Source: an uncultured delta proteobacterium
Lineage (GTDB): Bacteria; Myxococcota_A; Polyangia; Polyangiales; Polyangiaceae
Direction: 5' to 3'
DNA: 64,000 bases
Assembly: GCA_963696385.1 (NCBI GenBank)
Contig: CAVOKF010000005.1
Coordinates: 416,001 to 480,000, forward strand
Each line of letters begins with the position of its first letter. The first letter of the stretch is position 1. Below are positions 31,689 to 40,682 of the stretch, one piece after another. Below the pieces are notes generated by a model. The model was not told the DNA's origin and did not search any database. It saw only the letters and a list, made by a program, of their open reading frames with translations. The position numbers and the translations under genes are program-made.

Positions 31689-33227
31689 ATGGATCCGTCC
31701 GCCGTTCGCGTTCACCCGCACCAGGCCCTGGCGGTCTATGTTGAATCGCTCGTCGCGGGCGCGGATGTTGCGGTCTTGGGCGACGCGTCGTTCGGGATGG
31801 CCGAACGCCTGGTCGACCTAGGGGCCCGCACGGTCTACGTGTGGGACCCCGACCGAACCCGCGCACTTGCTGAAGCCGAGCGGGCAACGGCGGGCGTGCG
31901 GGTGCTCCCGTACTCGCCGCACGACCTCGTGGCCCGCAATCTCGACCTGGTCATCGTGCCGGATCTCGGGTCGTTCGACAATCCGGCCGATGTCATCGCG
32001 CGCGCTCGCGCGATGGTCGGTGACGCTGGCGTGGCACTCATCCGCGCAGCCAATCGCGAGACTGCGGAACACGAGTCGGATCGGGCGTTCGACTACTACG
32101 AGCTCTTCGATCTGGTCGCCGCTGCGTTTTCCAACGTTCAAATGGTCGCAGAGCTCGCGTTCGAGGGCGTGGCGCTCGTCGCGCTCAGTGAAGACGACGA
32201 GCCTCCTGCCGTGACCGTGGACACGCAGCTCGCCGACGGCGATCGAGTCGTTTCCGCGTTCGTGGCAGTCGCCGGCCAAGGGGACGCTCACGTGGAGGCC
32301 TATTCGATCGTCGAATTGCCGCCCCGCGATCGGGACGAGGAGGCGGACGGCACAGATGCCCTGCGCACCGAACTCTCGAATGCGCGGCTGCGAATGGAAG
32401 GCTTGGAAAGCGAGCTCATGCACCGTGCGGCGCGCTCCGCCGAGCTGGAAGCGGCGCTGGCTGCCGAGACGCATCACGTGTCGGACTTGTTGACCCAGGT
32501 CGATGAGGCACGCGCCGCGGCCGCAGCCAACCGTGGGAGCGCGCAGGCCGAAATCGAGGCGATCACCCAACGCGTACACCAGACGGATCGTCGAAGCGAA
32601 CGGCTGGAGCGCGATCTTGCTGCAGCCGGTGAGGCGTACGCCGCAGAACTGGCGCGTTTCGAGGAGGCGCTTCGGGAGCGGGCCCAGGCGATTCGCCTAC
32701 TCGAGGCGGAGATTGTTCGGCGCGACCAGATCGTTCGCGATCTCGTGAGCGCGCTCGATGAGAGCGGGTCCCCCCCCCAACCCCCGACGGGGGATGATCC
32801 GGTCGAGGGTCGTACCCTGCTCGCCGAAAACGCGCGTCTGCGCGAGCGCCTTGATGCGCTCGCTCTGGACTTGGCACGCCGAGAAGGCGAAGCTCGTGCG
32901 AGCAGTTGGAGCGTGGCAGAGCTTGAGCGACGCTTGGCGGAGCTCACCAGCGGCAATGGGGGCGTGCGTCGCGAGTCGGAGGCGGCGTCGATCGCCCCGT
33001 CGGACCCCGGCCGCGCGGAGCCGAACGCCGCACTCGTCGCCGCTCTCGACGAGATCGACGTCCTGAAACGGGCGCTCTCGCAGGAGCATGACTCCCGGCT
33101 CCGGGCCGAATCCGGCGACGCTCTCGCGCGTGCTCGCTCGGACATCGAGCGTTTGACCGTGCTCCTGGAGCAATCGACGCGGGAACGCGAGGCTTGCGAA
33201 GAGGCTTCCCCCCGCAGTCCTACATGA
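31689..33227 (+). CDS. Hypothetical protein: degenerate methyltransferase-like N-terminal domain plus long coiled coil
   Basis: VAVLG...LGARTVYVWD Rossmann-like start, DYYELFDLV, heptad-rich C-terminal half. Confidence 0.72.
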   Translation: MDPSAVRVHPHQALAVYVESLVAGADVAVLGDASFGMAERLVDLGARTVYVWDPDRTRALAEAERATAGVRVLPYSPHDLVARNLDLVIVPDLGSFDNPADVIARARAMVGDAGVALIRAANRETAEHESDRAFDYYELFDLVAAAFSNVQMVAELAFEGVALVALSEDDEPPAVTVDTQLADGDRVVSAFVAVAGQGDAHVEAYSIVELPPRDRDEEADGTDALRTELSNARLRMEGLESELMHRAARSAELEAALAAETHHVSDLLTQVDEARAAAAANRGSAQAEIEAITQRVHQTDRRSERLERDLAAAGEAYAAELARFEEALRERAQAIRLLEAEIVRRDQIVRDLVSALDESGSPPQPPTGDDPVEGRTLLAENARLRERLDALALDLARREGEARASSWSVAELERRLAELTSGNGGVRRESEAASIAPSDPGRAEPNAALVAALDEIDVLKRALSQEHDSRLRAESGDALARARSDIERLTVLLEQSTREREACEEASPRSPT

Positions 33228-33333
33228 GGCCGTCGATCCGGCCACCAACCGACGACCGCATCCACAGCATGTTTTCGACCGCGGTTCAAGTCCCCACTCG
33301 CGCTGGGCCACCGCCCTCCAACCGCGATTCGCG

Positions 33334-33361
33334 TTGACACAGCCGGACAGCAGCTTAACTT
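33334..33361 (+). promoter_or_regulatory. Putative promoter of dnaJ
   Basis: TTGACA-N16-TAACTT, followed by the inverted repeat GCTCGCGAGCG-TAC-CGCTTGCGAGC (~33365-33389). Confidence 0.45.
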
Positions 33362-33446
33362 GCGGCTCGCGAGCGTACCGCTTGCGAGCTTGCGTGTGAG
33401 CGCACACCCCGTTGCAGGGTTTGCACCGAAGACAACCCGGGCGCCG

Positions 33447-34574
33447 ATGTCCTCCAAGCGCGATTATTACGAAATCCTGTCGGTCTCGCGTGAAGCGCCT
33501 ACGGATGAACTACGCAAGGCGTATCGGCGCGAGGCGCTGAAGCACCACCCCGACCGTAACCCGAGCGATTCCTCGGCCGAGTCGAAGTTCAAAGAGGTGA
33601 ACGAGGCCTACCAGGTACTGTCCGACGAGACGAAGCGGCGCGTCTACGACCAGTTTGGTCACGCGGGGCTCGACGGATCGATGGCCGGCGCTTCCGGATT
33701 CGAGGGCGGCGTCAGCGACGTTTTCGCCCATATGCAGGATCTCTTCGCCGAGATGTTCTCGAGTGGTGGAGGGGGACGCGTCCGTCGAGGCGGCGATTTG
33801 CGCGTGCAGACGCGCTTGCCGCTGAGGGATGCCGCGTTCGGATGCAAGCGCGAGGTAAGTGTGCGTGCGCCGGCACCCTGCAGCGACTGCGGGGGTAACG
33901 GTGCCAAGGCCGGCACCAAGCTCGAGACCTGCTCACAGTGCCGCGGCAGCGGGCAGGTGTCGAACGCGCGTGGGTTTGTGATGTTTACCTCGACCTGCCC
34001 GCGTTGTCGCGGCGCGGGCCGGACGATGAAGGAAGCGTGTCCGGCGTGCGCGGGACACGGGGCCGTCGAACGCACCCGGAAGGTAACTGTAACGTTTCCT
34101 GCGGGCATCGATTCCGGTCAGCGCTTGCGCGTGAGCGGTCAGGGAATGCCCGGGCCGGCAGGGGCCGCGGCCGGGGATTTGTACGTGGAGATTGACGTCG
34201 AAGAGGATCCTCGCTTCGAGCGCGACGGCGCCGACCTCATCACGCGCGTGAGTATCCCGTTCACCGATGCGGCTCTTGGGGCGGAAACTCGCGTTCCTGC
34301 CTTGGATCCGGACGAGGACTCCGCAACCGTGGCGCTCTCGATTCCCGCAGGAACCCAACCGGGTGCGCTGTTCACCCTCAAGGGCCAAGGTGTGCCGCGG
34401 CTCGACGGACGAGGCCGAGGGTCGCTCGTCGTCGTGGTCCAAGTGGAAGTACCCGCCTCCCTGACGTCGCGCGGACGGGAGCTTCTGGAAGAGCTCGTGA
34501 TCGAGTTGCGCAATCAGGCGTCGGGCGGGCGCGAAGGAAAGCCGGAAGGAAAGCGAGCCGCGGTCGGCAAGTAG
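33447..34574 (+). CDS. dnaJ: Molecular chaperone DnaJ
   Basis: KRDYYEIL, HPD, four CxxCxGxG motifs, C-terminal domain. Confidence 0.96.
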   Translation: MSSKRDYYEILSVSREAPTDELRKAYRREALKHHPDRNPSDSSAESKFKEVNEAYQVLSDETKRRVYDQFGHAGLDGSMAGASGFEGGVSDVFAHMQDLFAEMFSSGGGGRVRRGGDLRVQTRLPLRDAAFGCKREVSVRAPAPCSDCGGNGAKAGTKLETCSQCRGSGQVSNARGFVMFTSTCPRCRGAGRTMKEACPACAGHGAVERTRKVTVTFPAGIDSGQRLRVSGQGMPGPAGAAAGDLYVEIDVEEDPRFERDGADLITRVSIPFTDAALGAETRVPALDPDEDSATVALSIPAGTQPGALFTLKGQGVPRLDGRGRGSLVVVVQVEVPASLTSRGRELLEELVIELRNQASGGREGKPEGKRAAVGK

Positions 34575-34577
34575 GCC

Positions 34578-35879
34578 ATGATCGTCGATGTGGAGTCGCT
34601 CAAGGCCGCGCTTGCGCACGTGTCGACTCTGCGGCCGAGTGGTCGCGTCTTGTCGGTGGCGGGTCTGAGCTTACGACTTGCACTGCCGGGGGTTCGCGTC
34701 GGAGACGTGATCCGCGTGCGCCGGCGCGGCGATCCGCTTGTCTGCGAGGTCGTCGGGTTCGATGCGAACGGCGCGATTGCGATGCCGTTCGGCGCACTCG
34801 TCGGGGTGGGGGCCGATGACGAGGTAGAGTCGACCGGCGGCCCGCTCACCGTTCGAGCGAGCGAGGGTGTCCTCGGACGAATGCTCGATGGGCTGGGTCG
34901 TCCGATCGATGGGGGTCCAGTCATCGCGGGACAGGTCGTGCCCGTCGACCGAAGTCCGCCGAGTGCCCTCGATCGCCGCGCCGTCGCACGCCCTATCGCG
35001 ACGGGCGTGCGCGTCGTGGATGGATTGATCACGCTGGGCGAGGGGCAACGGGTCGGCCTCTTTGCCGGATCGGGAGTGGGCAAGAGCATGTTGCTCGGCG
35101 CGATCGCCCGCGGCTGCGATGCAGACGTCGTGGTCGTCGCGCTCGTGGGCGAGCGCGGGCGCGAGGTGGCCGAGTTCGTCGATCGCTTTCTGAGCGCCGA
35201 GGCGCGCAAGAAGGCCGTGGTCGTCGTCGCGACGAGCGACGTCGCGGCCCTCGAGCGGCTCCGCGCGGCCCAGGTGGCCACTTGCTACGCCGAGTATTTC
35301 CGGGATCGCGGCTCGCGCGTACTTTTACTCGTCGACTCGGTGACGCGGGTCGCTCGTGCACAGCGCGAGGTCGGCCTCGCCGCGGGCGAGCCTCCGGCGC
35401 GCCGCGGATATCCGCCAAGCGTGTTTGCCGCGCTTCCGCGGCTGCTTGAGCGGTCCGGGCAGGGATCGCGCGGCAGCATCACGGCCATCTACACGGTGCT
35501 CGTCGAAGGCGGCGATATGGACGAGCCGATCGCGGATGAGGTCCGCGCCATTCTCGACGGTCATGTCGTGCTCGATCGGGCGATCGCGGCCCGAGGCCGA
35601 TACCCGGCTGTCGACGTTCTGGCGTCGTTGTCGCGTGTCATGGACTCGGTCGCGTCGGAGTCGCATCGCAAAGCTGCTCGGCGCCTACGGGCTCTATTGG
35701 CTGCTTACGAAGCCAAACGCGATTGGGTCACCTTGGGCGCCTACGTGAAAGGAAGCGACAAGGAGCTCGACGAGGCTATGGGGCGCATGGACGCGATCGA
35801 GAAGTTTTTGCGGCAAGAGCCCTTCGACCGCAGTGCCTTTGAGACGACTGTGGCCGAGCTGGCGGCAGCGGTGCGTTGA
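34578..35879 (+). CDS. FliI/YscN (SctN) family export ATPase
   Basis: GQRVGLFAGSGVGKS, GERGREVAEF, DSVTR.ARAQREVGLAAGEPP..RGYPPSVF, LDGHVVL. Confidence 0.95.
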   Translation: MIVDVESLKAALAHVSTLRPSGRVLSVAGLSLRLALPGVRVGDVIRVRRRGDPLVCEVVGFDANGAIAMPFGALVGVGADDEVESTGGPLTVRASEGVLGRMLDGLGRPIDGGPVIAGQVVPVDRSPPSALDRRAVARPIATGVRVVDGLITLGEGQRVGLFAGSGVGKSMLLGAIARGCDADVVVVALVGERGREVAEFVDRFLSAEARKKAVVVVATSDVAALERLRAAQVATCYAEYFRDRGSRVLLLVDSVTRVARAQREVGLAAGEPPARRGYPPSVFAALPRLLERSGQGSRGSITAIYTVLVEGGDMDEPIADEVRAILDGHVVLDRAIAARGRYPAVDVLASLSRVMDSVASESHRKAARRLRALLAAYEAKRDWVTLGAYVKGSDKELDEAMGRMDAIEKFLRQEPFDRSAFETTVAELAAAVR

Positions 35880-35950
35880 CGTACGCCAATAAGCGGCGTC
35901 GTCTACGGCACTGACCCAAACGGGCCATCGTGCTACTTCAGGCCGCCGCG

Positions 35951-37942
35951 ATGACCCTTCTTCAGGTCGCCGATCTGCGCTTTGGGTACGCTGCGGAGAC
36001 CCTCTTCGAGAACGTCACCCTTTCGCTCGCCATGGGCGATCGTGTGGCCCTGGTTGCCCCCAACGGCTCGGGCAAAACCACGCTTCTGCGCATCCTGGCC
36101 GGCGAGATCGAGCCGGATGCGGGGTCGGTCGTAGTGCGCCGCGATACGACGATTGGCTATTACCGGCAGTCCCACGAGATCGCGGCACAAGGCGACGTTC
36201 TTGGGGCGTTTCTCTCCGGGTTCGGGGCAGCCATGCAACTGCGCGAGGAACTTCGCCAAGCTCAACAGGATGCCGCGAGCGGCACGCAAACGGCGCTCGA
36301 TCATTTGGCGCGAGTGACCGACCGGTACCATCTGGCTCGCGGCGATGAGCTCGAACACAGGGTTGCGGCGCTCGCGAGTCATCTCGGTTTTTCGGAAATC
36401 GATCTCACTAGGCCGGTCGCCTCGTTGTCAGGTGGTGAGCAGGGGCGACTTCGACTCGGTGTCGTCCTCGCGCAACGACCCGAACTCCTGCTCTTGGACG
36501 AACCTACGAATCACTTGGACCTGGATACGATCGGGTGGCTCGAACAATGGCTGTCGGAGTACCGAGGCGCCGTGCTGATCGTGAGTCACGATCGTGCGTT
36601 TCTGGACAATACCTGCAAATCGTCGCTTGAGCTTGGACGTCGCGCTGTCCGCCTCTATCCCGCGCGCTACTCCGAGTACGTGTTGCTTCGCGAGGACGAA
36701 CTAGCGCGAGAGCGCGCCATAGCGGAGCGCCGGCACGACTTAATCGCCAAAACCGAAGACTTCATCCGAAAAAACATCGCTGGACAGAAGACGAAGCAGG
36801 CCCAGAGTCGCCGCAAGATGCTCGAAAAGATCGATCGCATCGAGCGGCCGGAAGACGTTTGGGCAAGCGCCGAACGCATCACGTTCCGATTCGCCCCCGC
36901 GGCGCGGACGGGAGACATCGTGCTCGACGCCTGCGGTCTTACCGCCTTCCGCGGCGGTCGCGCGTTATTTTCACACTTCGACATTCTCGTCCGGCGCGGC
37001 GAGCGGATCGGCATCGTAGGTCCCAACGGCGCTGGCAAGAGCACGTTGCTCAAGCTGCTCGCCGGCCGTGGTGCTTCGGACGATTCGGGCGTTCTCAAGC
37101 GAGGGACCAACTTGCAGGAGGGCTATTTCGATCAGCATTTGGGCGAGGTCGATCCGGATCTGACCGCCGTCGACAATGTGCGTCGCATTCGCGGCGACTT
37201 CACTGTCGAGGCGGCACGGCAATATCTCGCTCGCTTTCGTTTCTGGGGTGATGATCCACTCCGTGTGGTCCGTGGCTTTTCGGGCGGGGAGCGGTCACGC
37301 CTGGCACTCGCGAAACTGCTGCTCGATCCGAAGAACCTGCTCTTCCTCGACGAACCGACCAATCACCTGGACATTCCGGCCGCCGAGATTCTCGAAGAAG
37401 CGCTGGTCGGGTTCGAGGGCACCGTGTTGCTGGTCTCGCACGATCGCCGCTTTCTCGAGAATGTGACGACGCGTATCGTGAGCCTCCGAAGCGGTCGAGT
37501 CGATGTCTACCCCGGCGGTTTTCGCGACTACGAGCAAGCGCTCGTGAGCCGTGGCCAGCGAGACGCGGAATCCACCGAATCGGTGGCGCCTGATCGCAGC
37601 TCCCGTTTTGGCCGAGCTCCCGACCCACCGGCGAAGGCAGCGTCCGCAGTCGTCGCTCCGACCCTCGCGTCCGCCGAGGAGACCGACGTCGCAAGACAGA
37701 GGTACGAGTCGCAAAGACAGGCGGGGCGTGCGCTCGAGAAAAAGAAACGCCGCGTCCAGCAACTCGAAATCGCCATTGCAGCAGGCGAGCGCGAGCTCGA
37801 CGTGCTGCGCGGCACCCTGAAAGAGGCGCCTGGAGACGGCTGGGAGAAGCTGAGCAAAATGGCGCAGGAAGAACGGGCTTTGACCAAGAGAGTCGACGCA
37901 ATGCTCATCGAATGGGCAAAATTGTCCGAGGAGGTTCAGTGA
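35951..37942 (+). CDS. ABC-F family ATP-binding protein
   Basis: Two ABC cassettes (NGSGKT/LSGGE/DEPTNHLD; NGAGKS/FSGGE/DEPTNHLD), no TM helices, C-terminal coiled coil. Confidence 0.95.
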   Translation: MTLLQVADLRFGYAAETLFENVTLSLAMGDRVALVAPNGSGKTTLLRILAGEIEPDAGSVVVRRDTTIGYYRQSHEIAAQGDVLGAFLSGFGAAMQLREELRQAQQDAASGTQTALDHLARVTDRYHLARGDELEHRVAALASHLGFSEIDLTRPVASLSGGEQGRLRLGVVLAQRPELLLLDEPTNHLDLDTIGWLEQWLSEYRGAVLIVSHDRAFLDNTCKSSLELGRRAVRLYPARYSEYVLLREDELARERAIAERRHDLIAKTEDFIRKNIAGQKTKQAQSRRKMLEKIDRIERPEDVWASAERITFRFAPAARTGDIVLDACGLTAFRGGRALFSHFDILVRRGERIGIVGPNGAGKSTLLKLLAGRGASDDSGVLKRGTNLQEGYFDQHLGEVDPDLTAVDNVRRIRGDFTVEAARQYLARFRFWGDDPLRVVRGFSGGERSRLALAKLLLDPKNLLFLDEPTNHLDIPAAEILEEALVGFEGTVLLVSHDRRFLENVTTRIVSLRSGRVDVYPGGFRDYEQALVSRGQRDAESTESVAPDRSSRFGRAPDPPAKAASAVVAPTLASAEETDVARQRYESQRQAGRALEKKKRRVQQLEIAIAAGERELDVLRGTLKEAPGDGWEKLSKMAQEERALTKRVDAMLIEWAKLSEEVQ

Positions 37943-38661
37943 AGGGGCGCCGCATCTTGGCCACGCTTTTGAGTGCGCTTCTCGCAATGGACGCCGGTGC
38001 CGCGTGCAAGCGCCGTGCTTCGTCGGCGATGCAAGATGCGGCGGCGTCGCTGCCCGTCGTGCGACCCGAGACCGAAGGACTGCTCCTCACGTGGATCGAC
38101 GACAAGGGAGACTTTCACGTCGAGACCCGCGTTGCGGACGTGCCCGTCATGGGACGGGATACGGTGCGGGTCGAGAGCGAAGGCGGTGACCATGCCCTTG
38201 CTGTGGATCAGGTATTCGTGGTTGACCTCCGCGAGACGGGCATCGACGGCGCATATCCGGTCCGCACGATGACGCGCACGCAATTTGAGGTGCTCGCAGT
38301 CGCGCGCCGGGAGAAGGTGGGGCCCACACTAGCGAGCGCCGCGCCTTCGCCGCCGACCGTGCGTGCTTCTCCATCGAATTCCGAAGTGCCGAGCAAGCCG
38401 GCTACTCGCACCGTTGTCGTGATCTACGGCGCCGAGTGGTGTGGCGCATGCCACGAAGCGGCCCGTTACCTGCGACATAAGGGGATCGCATACGTCGAGA
38501 AAGACATCGAGAAAGACCCGGGCGCGTCGCAGGAGATGCAGGAAAAGCTTGCCAAGAGCGGGCTGCGTGGGGGGTCCATCCCAGTGATCGACGTACGTGG
38601 CAAGATCATGGTCGGGTTCAACCCGCCCGAGATCGACGCGGCGCTGGGTGAAGCCTTGTAG
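37939..38661 (+). CDS. Exported/lipoprotein with C-terminal glutaredoxin domain
   Basis: Signal-like N-terminus with GAAC; YGAEWCGAC, SIPVID, GFNP. Confidence 0.85.
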   Translation: MKGRRILATLLSALLAMDAGAACKRRASSAMQDAAASLPVVRPETEGLLLTWIDDKGDFHVETRVADVPVMGRDTVRVESEGGDHALAVDQVFVVDLRETGIDGAYPVRTMTRTQFEVLAVARREKVGPTLASAAPSPPTVRASPSNSEVPSKPATRTVVVIYGAEWCGACHEAARYLRHKGIAYVEKDIEKDPGASQEMQEKLAKSGLRGGSIPVIDVRGKIMVGFNPPEIDAALGEAL

Positions 38662-38673
38662 TGGGTTTCGTCT

Positions 38674-38884
38674 TAACGAGGCACCCGGATCACCCTGAGC
38701 GCTTCGCTCCGCCTCGACTCGCTTCGCTCGCTCGGCTCCGCTCTCGCGGACCCGGCTCGCACGACACGTCGAGGGGAGCGAATGCCGCTCCCCTCGACGC
38801 ACCCCAGCAGGCGCGCAGGGTACCGAATCCTGAGCGTTTTTTCCGCCCCGGCTCGCACGACACGTCGAGGGGAGCCAATGCCGC
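38674..38884 (+). repeat. REP-like hairpin repeat, left copy, with internal 38-bp direct repeat (38751-38788 / 38847-38884)
   Basis: Perfect 14-bp stem CGTCGAGGGGAGCG-AATGC-CGCTCCCCTCGACG (38767-38799); homologous to the reverse complement of 39661-39784. Confidence 0.85.
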
Positions 38885-38976
38885 GGCATTCCAGCGCCCA
38901 GCCGCAGAGCGGGGGTGGATGGCAAGGCCGGCACTTGACGCAAGTTTCAGGGTGGGGGACACGTGAAGGCGGGCTC

Positions 38977-39261
38977 ATGACTTTGGTCGTTGCACTGTTG
39001 TTGCTCCTCGTCGCCAGCATTTGCGGCAGCATCGGCTCTCGCATCGCCGGCTATTCGCACATGGGCTGCCTGAGCTCGGTCGCGCTCGGCTTCGTGGGGG
39101 CTTGGCTCGGCGGATGGTTTGCGGCGCAAGTGCACCTTCCGGCGTTGTATGTTCTGCACGTTCGCGGGGAGTCCTTTCCGGTGGTGTGGTCCATCGTCGG
39201 CGCCGCGATGTTCGCGGCCGTCGTGAGCGCGTTGACGGGGCGTAGTCGCTACGGCTTCTGA
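38977..39261 (+). CDS. GlsB/YeaQ/YmgE (transglycosylase-associated) family small membrane protein
   Basis: GCLSSVALGFVGAWLGGW and WSIVGA Gly-rich TM helices. Confidence 0.85.
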   Translation: MTLVVALLLLLVASICGSIGSRIAGYSHMGCLSSVALGFVGAWLGGWFAAQVHLPALYVLHVRGESFPVVWSIVGAAMFAAVVSALTGRSRYGF

Positions 39262-39420
39262 GGGATCCTCCGCGCAGGGCTCAGTTGAGCCACTGATTCG
39301 AGGATTGGGAGGGACTTCGCGGCCGTCGTGAGCGCGTTGACGGGGAGCAGTCGCTACGTCTTCTGAGGGATCCTCCGCGCAGGGCTCAGTTGAGCCATAG
39401 TCGAGGATCGGGAGCGATTT
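39211..39420 (+). repeat. Tandem duplication with 105-bp period, including the 3' end of the GlsB/YeaQ gene
   Basis: 39211-39292 and 39316-39397 are near-identical (3 mismatches in 82 bp); the following tails are similar but diverged. Confidence 0.9.
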
Positions 39421-39601
39421 CACCTCGGGTCGCCCTCTCAGGCACCGGCGGCGAACCTGTGCCCGTGCGACCGACCGGGGGCCGCGACGAGTCGCGCGGG
39501 CTCGGGGGCTTTGGGCCCAGCCGCTCGCGAAGCGATGTGAGAAGTGACCAGCCGAGGAAGAGAGCGAGCAAGACGGGACTCGCCGGCATCGATCCGCGCA
39601 T
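39386..39601 (-). CDS. Putative small protein (71 aa) with hydrophobic N-terminus
   Basis: AGGAGAGG RBS 5 nt before ATG; VLLALFLGWSLLTSL segment. Confidence 0.4.
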   Translation of the reverse strand: MRGSMPASPVLLALFLGWSLLTSLRERLGPKPPSPRDSSRPPVGRTGTGSPPVPERATRGEIAPDPRLWLN

Positions 39602-39660
39602 GACGACCTCTCCTGAATGGATGCAGGGGCGGCCGGCGCGGTTGCGCGGCGCGAGAGTGA

Positions 39661-39820
39661 CCCGGTCCCGTGCGCTCCTGCTGGGGTGCTCGAGGGGAGC
39701 GGCATCGCTGCCCTCGACGTGTTGCGGGGGCCGGGTCCCCGAGAGCCGAGCCGAAGCGCTCAGGGTGATCCGGGTGCCTCGTTACTCGAAGCGCTCAGGG
39801 CGATCCGGGTGCCTTGTTGC
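39661..39820 (-). repeat. REP-like hairpin repeat, right (inverted) copy, plus a partial tandem copy overlapping the rsmI stop
   Basis: Reverse complement begins TAACGAGGCACCCGGATCACCCTGAGCGCTTCG, identical to 38674-38706; second partial copy at 39787-39820. Confidence 0.85.
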
Positions 39821-40682
39821 TCGATGCTTTGCTAAGCCCGTTTTTCCGATCGAGAACGCGTGCGTACACGTCGCGCTTGTTGCGTCCGCTCCACGCGGCG
39901 AGGCGTTCGGCCACGGTGCGGACGTGGTCTCCACGCGCCAGCGCTTCGTCGATGCGACGATCGAGAGCGGAGTCGTCGACCTCGGTACGCCGGTCGTCCG
40001 GCGCGTGAGCGGCGAGAACGAGGGCGATTTCTCCCAGCCATTCGCGCGGGTCGGACGCGAGATTGGCGCATGTGCCGGAGACGAATTGCTCGTGCAATTT
40101 GGTGATCTCGCGCGCAACGCATGCGCGACGCAGCGGCGTTGCGTCGGCCAAGTCCTGCAAAGTCGTTTGGACCCGTGCCGGCGCCTCGAACAGGACGACG
40201 GTCTCCGGCGTGTCCGCGACCACCGCCAATGCGTCGCGCCTCGCGCTACCGCTCCTCGGCAGAAAGCCCAAGAATCGGAAGCGACCTTCCCCCGCGAGGC
40301 CGCTGGCGACGAGCGCCGCCAATACCGCGCTGGCCCCCGGAATCGGGACGACGCGCACCCCTGCGGCGATCGCGGCGCCGACGAGCCCATGGCCGGGATC
40401 GCTCACGCACGGGGTTCCCGCGTCCGTCAAAAGCGCGACGTCTTCGCCTTGCGCGAGATGCCCTACGACGCGTGCCAGGTCGCGCTCGTTCGCATGGGCA
40501 TCCAGCCGCTCGACCGTCTTGCCTGGGATGCCGAAATGCGACAGGAGTTGCCGCGATCGACGCGTGTCCTCCGCGACGATGCGGCCGCACAATCGCATGA
40601 TTTCGAGCGCGCGCAGCGTCATGTCGCCGAGATTGCCAATCGGCGTCGCCACGACGTACAAGACCCCTGATACCGTCGTCAC
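39795..40682 (-). CDS. rsmI: 16S rRNA (cytidine1402-2'-O)-methyltransferase
   Basis: LYVVATPIGNLGD, AEDTR, DAGTPCVSDPG, PIPGASA, REITKLHE. Confidence 0.96.
   Translation of the reverse strand: MTTVSGVLYVVATPIGNLGDMTLRALEIMRLCGRIVAEDTRRSRQLLSHFGIPGKTVERLDAHANERDLARVVGHLAQGEDVALLTDAGTPCVSDPGHGLVGAAIAAGVRVVPIPGASAVLAALVASGLAGEGRFRFLGFLPRSGSARRDALAVVADTPETVVLFEAPARVQTTLQDLADATPLRRACVAREITKLHEQFVSGTCANLASDPREWLGEIALVLAAHAPDDRRTEVDDSALDRRIDEALARGDHVRTVAERLAAWSGRNKRDVYARVLDRKNGLSKASSNKAPGSP

Noticed and set aside
33280..33446. CIRCE or sigma-32 promoter upstream of dnaJ (also checked upstream of htpG)
   Set aside because: No TTAGCACTC-N9-GAGTGCTAA and no correctly spaced CTTGAA/CCCCAT.
38674..39820. 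Repeats as a CRISPR array
   Set aside because: Only two or three copies, irregular spacing, partly inverted, and no cas genes.
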